From positions 96,001 through 160,000 of the forward strand of contig CAVZQN010000004.1 in the NCBI GenBank assembly GCA_963777505.1: a stretch of 64,000 nucleotides of DNA, in the 5' to 3' direction. The first letter of the stretch is position 1. Each line of letters begins with the position of its first letter. Source of the stretch: an uncultured bacterium. GTDB taxonomy: Bacteria > Acidobacteriota > HRBIN11 > JAKEFK01. The position numbers and the translations under genes were made by a program. A model generated the notes under the pieces. It worked only from the letters and a program-made list of their open reading frames with translations, had not been told where the DNA came from and did not search any database. Of the stretch, positions 40,737 through 51,134 are shown in pieces.

Positions 40737-41509
40737 ATGTGGAACGAAAGTCTAATTGAGTCGAGCGCACAAAATAATTCGAAGCGATGGTTAACAGTTC
40801 AAATTGCGGCGATTGTTCATGCTGCTATTGTCGGCGTGCTTGTCGCTGGTTCTTTCTGGTATGTTGACAGTGTTTCGCTTGCGCCACAGGAACAAATTCC
40901 GCCTGTTTTTTATGAAATCATACCAAGCGGCGGTCCGCCTCCTGCATTTGGAAGTCGAACGCAACAACAGAATGCAATATCAGAAAGTGTGAAGCCTGTG
41001 GCTGCTCCAATTCATCCCGTTTATGAAAAAATTGTTCCTGAGACTGAGACGATTGACCATATTTCGGGTAGTAAAATCTCGAATGCATTTGAAAATAATT
41101 TACCTTCAGGTGATCCGGAAGGAATTCCTGGTGGCGATCCAAACAGCAATTCAAATGGAGGTTTTGGCGGATCAGAAGGTAACGGACTCGGGCCAGCTCC
41201 AATGAGAAGATACTATTTATCACCAGAGCACAATTGAAGTCTGATCCTGCCTGTTATTATCGATCAGATCAAACCGAATTATCCTGAACCGCTTCGCGAA
41301 GATTCGGAGAGAAGGAATAGTCATATTAGAAGCCGTGATTACGCGAACAGGTTCAGTGTCAAGATGTTCGGCTTCTGAAATCTGCGCATCCATTGTTTGC
41401 TCAAGAAGCAATGACTGCAGTGCGTCAGTGGAAGTATCGTCCGGCAACTTTGAACGGAAAACCTGTCCCTGTGTACTTCACTGTCACAGTTTCATTCAGA
41501 CTGCGTTGA
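40737..41509 (+). CDS. tonB: Energy transducer TonB, with several apparent frameshifts between about 41200 and 41360
   Basis: N-terminal TM with H (IVHAAI) and Pro/Gly-rich linker. Reading across frames gives P.YPE...EGIVILEAVITRTG.V.DV.LLKS...QWKYRPATLNGKPVPVYFTVTVSFRLR*. Confidence 0.82.
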
Positions 41510-41535
41510 AGCTCTGTGTCTTTGCGGTTAGCCTT

Positions 41536-42300
41536 TTACTCGCCGGCATAGTTGAGCGCGCGAACGGCGCCAAAGAACGCCACGATTGTGAATATAAGAA
41601 ATGCGATTGCTTCAATCAGAATGACATCTGGATCTCCGACCCCAAGAGTTGCATATCGAAGCGCATCTGTTTGCCATGTGACAGGATTTAGCCGCGCAGT
41701 ATAACGGAACCATGCCGGAAGATTTTCAAGTGGATAAAACAAGCTGCTTGCAAACATCAACAGAATGTAACAAATGCTTGTGATTGTGTTGAACGAATCG
41801 ATCCTTCGAATTCTTAAAGCAAGAATTGCAAAAAAGAAAAACCAGCCTGCCGTCCCGACTGCAATTGCGAGAAAGGTATATAAGAGTAATGCGCGCTCAA
41901 CTCGCACATTCATAAAAAGTTCAGCGCATAAAATTGCAAGGCCTGATCCCACAAGACTCAGAAAAACATTAAACAGGATTTTGCCGACTACGAGTTCCTG
42001 ACGGCTTACCGGGTATGTCAGTACTTCGTAGAAAATTCCATTTTCACGTTCGGTGAAATACCTCCAGGACGTATTCATGGCGATGCTAAAACATGTCATC
42101 GCTAAAACTCCTGCAAGAAAAAATGAAGCATAATCTGAACCATATCCTGCGGTTGAAAATGAACTGCCAAGTGATCGTTGAAATCCGTACCCAAATATCA
42201 GCAGGTAGGTAATCGGCACAAAAATGTCCCAAAACAGGAATGTTATGTTCGTGATTCTGAAACGATATTCCCGGAATAGAACTGGACCAACGCCTTTCAT
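41536..42300 (-). CDS. ABC-2 type exporter permease
   Basis: ERENG..E.LT.PVSR, SSLFYPLE.LP.W, NPVTW..DALR. Confidence 0.88.
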   Translation of the reverse strand: MKGVGPVLFREYRFRITNITFLFWDIFVPITYLLIFGYGFQRSLGSSFSTAGYGSDYASFFLAGVLAMTCFSIAMNTSWRYFTERENGIFYEVLTYPVSRQELVVGKILFNVFLSLVGSGLAILCAELFMNVRVERALLLYTFLAIAVGTAGWFFFFAILALRIRRIDSFNTITSICYILLMFASSLFYPLENLPAWFRYTARLNPVTWQTDALRYATLGVGDPDVILIEAIAFLIFTIVAFFGAVRALNYAGE

Positions 42301-43241
42301 GACTGCACCGGCCGCATTAATTCAACAAAAATTTCTTCCAGTGAGATACCCCGAATTTCAAAACGTTCGATTCGCCACTTTTGAGAAATTTCAGCAAGCT
42401 GCTGCAGACATGCCGCTTCTTCACCTTCAAACAGCATTTCTGCATCCCTGCCCTCATGTGAAAGTGAAAGTGGCCGTAGCGATTTCAGAGATTCAAAAGC
42501 TTCAGATTGTTCCTCTTCAAAAGTAAGTGATACATGAAACCGTTTGTGCGTAAGTGAACGAAGACGGTCCATGCTTCCACTTGCGATTGTCTTACCATGA
42601 TTCAAAATGACAATGTGATCGCACAGCGCTTCAGCTTCTTCCAATAATTGCGTAGTCAAGAAAATTGTTTTGCCTTGTTTTGAAAGCTCGCGTATTGAAT
42701 CAAGAGTCTGGCGTTTGATGATCGGATCCATGCCTGTTGTCGCTTCATCCAGAAAAAGCAGGGGAGAATCAACAAGAAAGGCTTTTGCAACTTGAAGTCT
42801 TCTGCGCATTCCCACGCTTAAATCCTGCGCTTTCTCTTTTCGTTTGTCTTTTAATTCGAATTGTTCAAGAACTTTCCCAACACGAATCGAAGTTTCTTTT
42901 GCGGTTAGTCCATGAAGACGGGCATAAATCTGGAGGTTATCCCAAACAGACAACAATGTTTCAACAGCAGTTTCCTGAAGAACAACCCCTATTTTTCTCC
43001 GTACATTTAAAGAATCTGTTAGAACATTATGTCCAAAGATCCTGGCACTACCTGAAGTCGGTTGCGTAATCGTTGTAAGGATTCGAACCATTGTTGACTT
43101 CCCTGCGCCATTTGGACCCAACAGCCCGAAGATCTCTCCTTCGTTGACAGTGAAACTAACCCCATCGAGTGCGCGAATTTCCTGCTTCATCCGTCCACGG
43201 TATGTTTTAACGATATTTTCGACTTCGATTATCTTTTGCAT
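42297..43241 (-). CDS. ABC exporter ATP-binding protein (DrrA-like)
   Basis: Walker A GPNGAGKST, LSVGMRRRL, FLDEAT. ATG 43241; the track's GTG at 43250 lies in a repeat. Confidence 0.92.
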   Translation of the reverse strand: MQKIIEVENIVKTYRGRMKQEIRALDGVSFTVNEGEIFGLLGPNGAGKSTMVRILTTITQPTSGSARIFGHNVLTDSLNVRRKIGVVLQETAVETLLSVWDNLQIYARLHGLTAKETSIRVGKVLEQFELKDKRKEKAQDLSVGMRRRLQVAKAFLVDSPLLFLDEATTGMDPIIKRQTLDSIRELSKQGKTIFLTTQLLEEAEALCDHIVILNHGKTIASGSMDRLRSLTHKRFHVSLTFEEEQSEAFESLKSLRPLSLSHEGRDAEMLFEGEEAACLQQLAEISQKWRIERFEIRGISLEEIFVELMRPVQS

Positions 43242-43277
43242 TTCAACCACGATGACACAGAGATATCATATAGGTGA

Positions 43278-43967
43278 ATGGGTACCTCTCGCATACTAGT
43301 TGTTGATGATGAACCTCAGATCACTCGTGTACTGCGCCGAAGTCTTTCTTCTCAAGGATATGAAGTGCAGGTTGCCGAAGATGGCGAAGAAGCTCTTGCC
43401 GTCTTCAAACAATGGAAACCTGAACTTGTTATTACGGATTTATCAATGCCTGGAATGGGCGGACTTGAATTGTGCCGGCGTATTCGAAAAATTTCGAGTA
43501 TTCCAATAATTGTTTTGTCAGTGAAAGGTGAAGAATCAACAAAAGTCGAAGCTCTGGATACAGGAGCGGATGATTACATTACCAAACCGTTCGGTGTCGA
43601 TGAACTCTTTGCACGTATCCGGGTTTCGTTGCGTCATGGAGCCGTGCCTCATGTTGAAGAAGGAACAAAACTGGAAATTGGAGATTTTAAGATAGATCAA
43701 GCCACACGCAACGTAACTGTCCGGAATAAGGAAGTTCATCTAACCCCGAAGGAGTACGAAATCCTTTTGCATTTCTTACGGAATCCAAATCGCATTCTCA
43801 CGCATCGAGCTCTGTTAGGCGCGCTTTGGGGCGGAGAGTTTGTAGATCAAAATGAATATCTTCGTGTGTTTATAGGGCAGCTTCGTAAGAAAATAGAACT
43901 TGATCCTGCAAAACCGCAGTACATTTTGACCGAACCCTGGGTCGGCTACAGATTCAAAGTTGAATAA
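43278..43967 (+). CDS. kdpE: KdpE response regulator (OmpR family)
   Basis: VVDDEPQI, TDLSMP, KVEALD.GADDYITKPFG..EL, YLRVFIGQLRKKIE.DPA.P.YILTEPWVGYRF; kdp context. Confidence 0.93.
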   Translation: MGTSRILVVDDEPQITRVLRRSLSSQGYEVQVAEDGEEALAVFKQWKPELVITDLSMPGMGGLELCRRIRKISSIPIIVLSVKGEESTKVEALDTGADDYITKPFGVDELFARIRVSLRHGAVPHVEEGTKLEIGDFKIDQATRNVTVRNKEVHLTPKEYEILLHFLRNPNRILTHRALLGALWGGEFVDQNEYLRVFIGQLRKKIELDPAKPQYILTEPWVGYRFKVE

Positions 43968-44030
43968 GAAAAGTCTTTGTGCCTTTAGCGGTTAAAAACT
44001 GTGTACCTTAAGACAAAATGAAGAAATGGA

Positions 44031-45137
44031 GTGGTTATCTTATATGGAACTGCCGGCTTAGTGCTGGCAGTTTTGCTTCTATTTCCATTCCGGGAACAGA
44101 TCAATTCCACTCCCGTTGCTTTAACTTTTCTTATTTTAGTTCTGCTTATGGCAGCAATCTTTGGCACATTCCCGGCTATTGTGATGTCGATAGCTTCCAT
44201 GCTTTGTTTTAATTATTTCTTTTTGCCTCCTTACCATACGTTCACAATTACAGACCCACAGAACTGGATTGCACTCTTTGCTTTTCTTGTGACATCAATC
44301 ATCGCAGGAAGTCTTTCTGGAAGAGTGAGGAAACGAGCTGAAGAATCAGAACGTCTTTATCTGGAGCTTCAAGAAATGTTCAAAAAAGCAAGTCAGGCTG
44401 ATGCAATTAAGCAACGAGAGCAGTTGAAGTCAGCTTTACTGGATGCTGTAACTCATGATTTGAGAACTCCTTTGACATCGATGAAAGCTGCAGTTACTAC
44501 GTTGTTAGCAGAGAGTGAATCGACTTTGGATGTTGAAGGCCGGCGAGAAATGCTGGAAGTCATTGATACTGAGATTGACCGATTAAATCATCATCTCGAA
44601 GGCCTGATCGAAATTGCGAAACTTGAAGCGGGAGCAATGCAGCCTCGCCGCATGTGGTCAAGCATTGAAGAAATCATTTCTAATACTCTCGCGCGTGCGT
44701 CAGGGATCACAGCTTCTCACATAATAAAAGTCGAATATGAAGAGAACTTGCCACCAGTTCGTATCGATGAAAAAGCTATTGCAGAAGTCTTGTATCTTTT
44801 GATTGAAAACGCCACAAAATATGCTCCGGTTGAGTCTGAGATTAACGTAAAAGTACAACAAACTGCTGATTTCCTGAAGGTAATTGTCGAAGATCAAGGT
44901 GCAGGGATTCCGGTTGAACTTCGGGAAAAGGTTTTTGACAAATTTTTCCGTTTTGATCCTGTCAATCTTTCGCCGCGTCCGCGTCTTGTTGGGCTCGGAA
45001 TGGGGCTTGCAATTTCGCGTGGAATTATTGAAGCACACTCAGGAAGGATATGGGTTGAAGATACCTCAAGCGGCAAGGGGACTCGCATATGCTTCACCCT
45101 TCCTTTGATGCAATCGGAAGTAAAAGTAGAAGTTTGA
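44031..45137 (+). CDS. Minimal KdpD-type histidine kinase (DUF4118-HisKA-HATPase only)
   Basis: FNYFFLPPYHTFTITDPQNW, intact H-box VTHDLRTPL, ENATKY, DQGAGI, GLGMGLAI. True start may be ATG 44018 (MKKWSGYL/YGT) with one extra base. Confidence 0.88.
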   Translation: MVILYGTAGLVLAVLLLFPFREQINSTPVALTFLILVLLMAAIFGTFPAIVMSIASMLCFNYFFLPPYHTFTITDPQNWIALFAFLVTSIIAGSLSGRVRKRAEESERLYLELQEMFKKASQADAIKQREQLKSALLDAVTHDLRTPLTSMKAAVTTLLAESESTLDVEGRREMLEVIDTEIDRLNHHLEGLIEIAKLEAGAMQPRRMWSSIEEIISNTLARASGITASHIIKVEYEENLPPVRIDEKAIAEVLYLLIENATKYAPVESEINVKVQQTADFLKVIVEDQGAGIPVELREKVFDKFFRFDPVNLSPRPRLVGLGMGLAISRGIIEAHSGRIWVEDTSSGKGTRICFTLPLMQSEVKVEV

Positions 45138-45148
45138 TTCTGCCTTCA

Positions 45149-45188
45149 TACTTACAATATCTTTACGGACTCTTTACTACTTCTTTAC
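45149..45188 (+). promoter_or_regulatory. Putative KdpE binding site (TCTTTAC direct repeats, 11-bp period)
   Basis: TCTTTAC at 45160, 45171 and 45182 plus TACTTAC at 45149; resembles the tandem TTTA(T/C)A half-sites of KdpE boxes. Confidence 0.6.
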
Positions 45189-45220
45189 GTTAGCCGCATC
45201 AAAATCAAATCAGGTGAATT

Positions 45221-47890
45221 GTGGAAAGTGAACGTCCGGATCCTGAGCGTTTGTTAAGGCAAATAAAGGCAGAAGAACGAGAGTCGTCTCGTGCAAAGCT
45301 AAAACTGTTTTTCGGACCCTATCCCGGAGTTGGAAAAACATACGCCATGCTTGAAGCAGCTCGGGAAAGAAAAAAGCAAGGCGTTGATGTTGTTGTCGGG
45401 ATTGTTGAAACGCATGGCCGCCCTGAAACAACTGCTTTATTAAAAGACATGGAGATCCTCCCCAGGAAGGAAATTCCTTACAAAGGTGTGGTTTTAAAAG
45501 AATTCGATCTGGATGCAGCTCTCGCACGAAAGCCAGAAATCATTTTGATTGATGAACTCGCCCATTCAAATCCTTCAGAGAGTCGGCATGCGAAGAGATG
45601 GCAGGATGTGGAGGAGCTTCTAAATGAAGGAATTTCCGTTTATACAACATTGAATGTTCAGCATTGGGAAAGTTTGAATGATGTTGTAGCGCAAATTACA
45701 GGGATCAAAGTTCGTGAAACGGTTCCGGATAGTTTTCTTGAGAAAGCTCATGAAGTGGAACTTGTTGATTTGCCTCCTGCGGATTTATTAAAACGTCTGG
45801 CGGAAGGGAAAGTATATATGGGTGATCAGGCGATCCGCGCAGCAGAAAACTTTTTCCAAACAGGAAACTTAATTGCACTGAGAGAACTTGCATTGCGTCA
45901 TACCGCGGAACGTGTGGACGCAGAAATGCAAGAATTTAAGAATCGATATGCAATCACAAAGGTCCTTCCGGTACGAGAAAGGCTTTTAGTAGGGATTACT
46001 GCCTCGCCAAATTCGCGCAGATTAATTAGAGCGACATTGCGGCTGGCTACAAGTTTGCGATGCGAATGGATTACGCTTTACGTTCAAACTGCAGAGCACG
46101 AAAAATTACCTGCGGATCAAAAAGCGCGAATTATCGATACGCTTCGTCTTGCTGAGAGATTGGGTGGAGAAACCGCAGTTCTGACTGGACAAGATGTTTC
46201 TGAAGAGTTGCTCGCGTACGCAAGAGAGCGAAATGTTACAAAGATAGTCTTAGGAAAACCCTCCAGGCCGCGTTGGAAAGAAATTGTTTTTGGATCAACA
46301 GTCAATGAGATTGCGCGGCGTTCAGGCGAAATTGATTTGTATGTGATTAGCGCAGCAAATCTGTCAGATGAAAAAGTCGTTCGCTATAACCGGGCGGAGG
46401 AGCGTCCATCAAATCGTGGAATCGTTGTCGCAATTCTCCTTATTGCGCTTTGTACGGTTTTAGGATGGGCGCTGATTCAATATCTCGACCGCGCAAATCT
46501 AATCATGTCTTATCTGCTTGCCGTTGTATGGCTCTCTTATAAATATGGAAGACGTACGGGAATTGTTGCTTCCGTTTTGAGTGTACTGTGTTTTGATTTC
46601 TTTCTCGTTCCTCCTTACCTGACCTTCCGTGTTACAGACACTGAATACATCATCACTTTTGTTGGGATGCTTGTTGTTTCACTTTTTATCAGCACAATCA
46701 CCGGCCGTCTCGGTTCACTTGTTAAAGCCACCAGAGGGAGAGAAAGAAGGTTAAGAACTTTGTACAAATTAAGCCGGACACTTGCTGAAATTCCTGAACC
46801 GATGGCGATGCTTCAAGCAGCATGGCAACAGCTAAATGATTTTTACAAAATGCCTGTGATTTTGCTAACACCTGACACCACAGGAAAGTTAAGAATTAGC
46901 GCAGGGGATCCGGAGAGATTTGAATTTGCTGGGAATGATGTTCAAGCTGCTGAATGGGTTTTTCGAAATGAAGAAATTGCAGGACGCGGCAGCCAAACAC
47001 TCGCTGGCTCTAAGGGGACCTATATTCCGCTTCGAGGGAGAGAAAAGTCTGTAGGAGTTCTTGGGATCCGCTTAGAGCAAGATTCCGATTTGATTGACCC
47101 CGAACAACTTCGTTTAATGGAAACTTTTGCAGTAGTCATTGGAAGTGCGCTCGAAAGCAAAGAATTATCCGAACAAGCTGGAAAAGCAACAGCATCAATG
47201 GAAGCCGAAAGGTTACGGAATCTTGTGTTGCGATCATTTTCTTTTGATTTAGCCGCACCTTCTCAACAGATTGTGGAGGTAGCGAGCCATTTAAGGAATT
47301 CTCCCGATTTGTCTCAAAATAAAATGCAGGAAGCGATCCAATCTATATGTGAGAATTCGGAACACATTTTTAAGGTTGCATCGAATCTTCCTCATTATCT
47401 GGAAGAGGAAATTCCAGTACTCTCCGATAACATTCTTCCCAGTAACATAGCGCAGGAACTCAATGAAGATGTTCCGCTTTCCATATATCTCAGCACGGAA
47501 AGGATTTTATTTTTCCCTGCTGAAACAACCAGGAAAGAAGTGTTTGAATCGTTGATTCACACCTTAAAGCTTTCGAATGAAAGAGAAGCATTCAAACTAC
47601 TTGCTGAAAGAGAAGAAGCGGGCGGAATTTTGATCAGACCAAATGTTGCAATTCCTCATACAACAATTGATGGTGTTGATGGTGTAAAGGCTTCATTAGG
47701 AATTCAAAAGACAGAAACCGGTACTCCTTTCTTCTGGTTGCTGTTTGTTTCAGGTCCAGATGCAATTCGTCAGCATCTCGAGTTTTTGAAGAGTGCAGCA
47801 CAAACGCTTTCTGACGAAGTTCTGGGAGAATTGTCGAATACAGATAATTCAGGAAAAGTGCTGAGAATATTAGCTGCAAGCGGGGTTTGA
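45221..47890 (+). CDS. kdpD: KdpD-like sensor (KdpD N-domain, USP, DUF4118, GAF, His-less DHp) fused to a PTS EIIA domain; no HATPase
   Basis: GPYPGVGKT Walker A, IDELAHSN, KRWQDVEELL, LRELALR. H-box reads RSFSFDLAAP. C-terminus EREEAGGILIRPNVAIPH...LLFVS...HLEFLK is EIIA-like. Confidence 0.88.
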   Translation: MESERPDPERLLRQIKAEERESSRAKLKLFFGPYPGVGKTYAMLEAARERKKQGVDVVVGIVETHGRPETTALLKDMEILPRKEIPYKGVVLKEFDLDAALARKPEIILIDELAHSNPSESRHAKRWQDVEELLNEGISVYTTLNVQHWESLNDVVAQITGIKVRETVPDSFLEKAHEVELVDLPPADLLKRLAEGKVYMGDQAIRAAENFFQTGNLIALRELALRHTAERVDAEMQEFKNRYAITKVLPVRERLLVGITASPNSRRLIRATLRLATSLRCEWITLYVQTAEHEKLPADQKARIIDTLRLAERLGGETAVLTGQDVSEELLAYARERNVTKIVLGKPSRPRWKEIVFGSTVNEIARRSGEIDLYVISAANLSDEKVVRYNRAEERPSNRGIVVAILLIALCTVLGWALIQYLDRANLIMSYLLAVVWLSYKYGRRTGIVASVLSVLCFDFFLVPPYLTFRVTDTEYIITFVGMLVVSLFISTITGRLGSLVKATRGRERRLRTLYKLSRTLAEIPEPMAMLQAAWQQLNDFYKMPVILLTPDTTGKLRISAGDPERFEFAGNDVQAAEWVFRNEEIAGRGSQTLAGSKGTYIPLRGREKSVGVLGIRLEQDSDLIDPEQLRLMETFAVVIGSALESKELSEQAGKATASMEAERLRNLVLRSFSFDLAAPSQQIVEVASHLRNSPDLSQNKMQEAIQSICENSEHIFKVASNLPHYLEEEIPVLSDNILPSNIAQELNEDVPLSIYLSTERILFFPAETTRKEVFESLIHTLKLSNEREAFKLLAEREEAGGILIRPNVAIPHTTIDGVDGVKASLGIQKTETGTPFFWLLFVSGPDAIRQHLEFLKSAAQTLSDEVLGELSNTDNSGKVLRILAASGV

Positions 47891-47891
47891 C

Positions 47892-48635
47892 ATGCAATTT
47901 AAGAAACTCATGGGTTACATAGCATCGGTGGGAACAATCGCTCTGACGGTTTTACTTTTCAAGCGCATTTTCTCGGATGCTACACCGGCAACCGTCGCTC
48001 TTATACTCGTTGTTGAGGTGTTGTTCGCAGCAACTTTTGGCGGATTCGGTCCTGGACTTTTAGCAGCTGTAATAGCAGCATTGTCATTCAATTTCTTTTT
48101 CCTTCCTCCTTATGGAACTTTCACGATTGCCCATCCTGCAGATGTTGTATCGTTTTTTGTCTTCCTTTCAACTGCAATTGTTGTGAGCAAATTATCCTCT
48201 GCCGTGCGACAACGTGCAGTAGAAGCAGAGCGCAGAAAAGATGAAGTAGAGCATCTTTATCAGTTTGCAAAGGTACTGATTGAAACTCCCGATACTCTTG
48301 AAGGTGCATCATCCATCGCCAGCAAGATCGTTGAAATTTTCCGAGTAAAGTATGCAGGCATCTATGTTCCTGACAAAAGCGGCAAATGGAAACATGTATC
48401 AGTGAGTTCAAATGAGCTTAAGGACATAGCTCTACCTCAGCCGGAAACATTACGAAGCAACACAATCGCCGAGATGATTGATGAATATGGGAAGGGGGTC
48501 CAATACACGGTTATGAACACTCCTTCTCGAAACATTGGCGTGATAGCGTTGCGTGCACCTGATCTGTCCAAGGATACGATCGCAGCCATTGCAAGTCTCG
48601 TTGCTCTTACTGTTGAAAGAAATCGGTTAATCTAG
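47892..48635 (+). CDS. DUF4118 + GAF-like membrane protein (third KdpD fragment)
   Basis: FNFFFLPPYGTFTIAHPAD, coiled coil, GAF-like tail ending IASLVALTVER; starts 1 nt after the kdpD-like stop. Confidence 0.82.
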   Translation: MQFKKLMGYIASVGTIALTVLLFKRIFSDATPATVALILVVEVLFAATFGGFGPGLLAAVIAALSFNFFFLPPYGTFTIAHPADVVSFFVFLSTAIVVSKLSSAVRQRAVEAERRKDEVEHLYQFAKVLIETPDTLEGASSIASKIVEIFRVKYAGIYVPDKSGKWKHVSVSSNELKDIALPQPETLRSNTIAEMIDEYGKGVQYTVMNTPSRNIGVIALRAPDLSKDTIAAIASLVALTVERNRLI

Positions 48636-48727
48636 GTTTCAGACACTCAATAACAGCGCGACTTGCGTTTTTTTCTGCACCCTTTAAGATATCTTCACAC
48701 ATTGAGGCAGAGGGGATATAAACTCCA

Positions 48728-51104
48728 TTGATTGATCAGACGATTTCGCATTACACCATTCTCAAAAAGCTTGGTGGCGGTGGAATGGGAGTCGTGTATG
48801 AAGCGGAGGATCTTAGCCTCAAACGTCATGTTGCACTCAAATTCCTTCCTGAATCGGTAGCTGAGACTCCGGAGACGCTTGAACGTTTCCGGCGGGAAGC
48901 ACAATCAGCATCTGCGCTTAATCATCCAAATATCTGCACGATATACGAAATTGGTGAACACGATGGTCGTCCTTTCATTGCAATGGAGATGATGAAGGGT
49001 GAGACCTTGAAGCATGCGATTGATGGAAAGCCAATGGAGATTGATACCGTGCTCGATCTGGGGGCACAAATTGCAGATGCGCTCGATGCTGCGCATACGG
49101 AAAGGATTATTCACCGTGACATTAAGCCGGCAAACATATTCGTCACAGAACGTGGCCAGGCAAAGCTGCTGGATTTTGGATTGGCAAAACAGGGAACAGC
49201 AGCGACTGGAGATACTGAAATGCCAACGGCCAGTACTCCGGCACAATTGACGCAAGCTGGTTCTACTCTGGGCACATTTGCGTATATGTCCCCCGAACAA
49301 GCGCGCGGCAAAGTGCTTGATTCGCGTACCGATCTTTTCTCTTATGGAGTTGTGCTCTATGAAATGGTAACCGGCACCCAACCTTTTGTTGGCAGCAGTA
49401 CAGGCGAAGTATTGGAAGCTATTTTTACAAAGGTACCAGTGTCGCCTGTGCGCTTAAATCCGAATATTCCTGTAGAACTAGAACGCATCATATATAAGGC
49501 GCTCGAAAAGGATCCCAATCTGCGATACCGAAGCGCCGCTGATATTCGAACTGATCTTCAACGATTGAAGAGAGACACTCTTTCCAGCGTTCCAGGCAGC
49601 ACTGTTGCAAGAGATACAGCTACAAAAATCCACTCAGCAAAAAAGTCACGGACACTCTGGGTTGGTGTCACAGCTGCAGTGGCAACAATAGTTCTGCTTG
49701 TAGTTTTCTGGCTAGGCCAAAAACCGAAGACCGCAGTGCAAACTACTGGTCCGATTTCGATAGCCGTGCTCCCGTTTGTAAACATGAGTGCGGATAAAAA
49801 TCAGGAATATTTTTCCGATGGCCTTTCAGAACAATTGCTAAACGATCTGGCCAAAACTCGTGGCTTGCGCGTAATCGCAAGAACTTCGTCTTTTCAATTT
49901 AAGGGAAAGAATGAAGACCTTCGTGTGATTGGTAAAAAATTGGATGTTGCAAATATATTGGAAGGAAGTGTACGGAAAGAGGGGAATAAAGTGCGAATTA
50001 CTGCGCAATTAATTCAAACTTCAGATGGATCCCATTTATGGTCTGATACCTATGATCGAGAACTAAATGATGTTTTTGCGGTGCAGGATGATATTGCACG
50101 ATCCGTAGCTGGAGCATTGAAGGTCACGCTTCTAGGACAAACAGCAAGTAGTTCAAAGTCACAAAATGCGGAAGCATATAACCTTTACCTGCAAGGTCGT
50201 TACTTCCAAGATCGAAGCACCATGGAAGACCTTCAGAAGGCGACAAACTCTTTTGAGCAAGCACTTCAACTTGAGCCTGGCTATGCTCTGGCCCACGCAG
50301 GCTTAGCCAGTATTTACTTTAGGCAGGCAGGTTTGGGCCACCTCGCCGCTGTTGAAGGCTTTGAAAAAACGCGGAATGAGGTAGAAAAAGCGCTGAAGAC
50401 CGATCCAAATTTGGCCGAGGCCTACGCAATGCTAGGGCGGGTCCAATTGAATTATGACTGGGATTGGGCCGGTGCCGATGCTTCCTTTCAGAGAGCGTTG
50501 GAACTGGAACCAGGGAACGCGAGAGCAGTTCGGAACGCTGCCGTTCTTGCTGGTACTCTTGGCAGGTTTGAAGAAGCCATTGAACTGAATCTGAAAGCAA
50601 TCGACCTCGATCCTCTAAACATCGGAAGCTATTTGAATCTCGCAAGCTGGTACCACTCTGCCGGCCGGTTGAAGGAGTCAGAGTCCACAACGGCGAAGGC
50701 CTTGAAGCTAAATCCACAATTTCCTGGTGCACACTATCGGATTTTCCTTCTCTACCTGGACACAAATCCGCAAGCGGCACTTGCTGAGATAAAGCGCGAA
50801 ACAGAGCCAATCTGGCGCGACCAAGGTCTCGCTCTGGTTACCTATGCGATGGGGAATAAAAAAGAGGCGGACAAAGTACTTGACAAAGTATATTGAAGAT
50901 TCCCAGACTATCGCGGCTTTTCAGATCGCCCAGATTTATGCCTACCGTCGTGAAACGGATTACACATTCGAATGGCTTGAACGTGCTTATCAACAACATG
51001 ACGGTGGTCTTGCCGAAATGAAAGGCGATCCGTTGCTGCGCAACATCGAAAATGACCCACGATATGCGGCATTCCTGAAAAAAATGAAACTGCCTCTGGA
51101 TTAA
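48728..51104 (+). CDS. Hanks-type Ser/Thr kinase with TolB-like (SIAVLPF) and TPR domains; apparent frameshift near 50880
   Basis: [34 protein letters not shown]...EYFSDGL, TPR repeats; C-terminus in ORF 50844-51104 (DP.L...DPRY). Confidence 0.9.
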
Positions 51105-51134
51105 ATACGACGATTCACGTCTGATTAACCTCCG

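Noticed and set aside
41335-41691. 118-aa Cys-rich ORF
   Set aside because: It is an off-frame product of frameshifted tonB running antisense into the ABC permease.
44031-47890. The two kdpD-like ORFs as halves of one error-split gene
   Set aside because: The order is reversed (kinase first), each has its own DUF4118, and an 83-nt gap with a regulatory array separates them.
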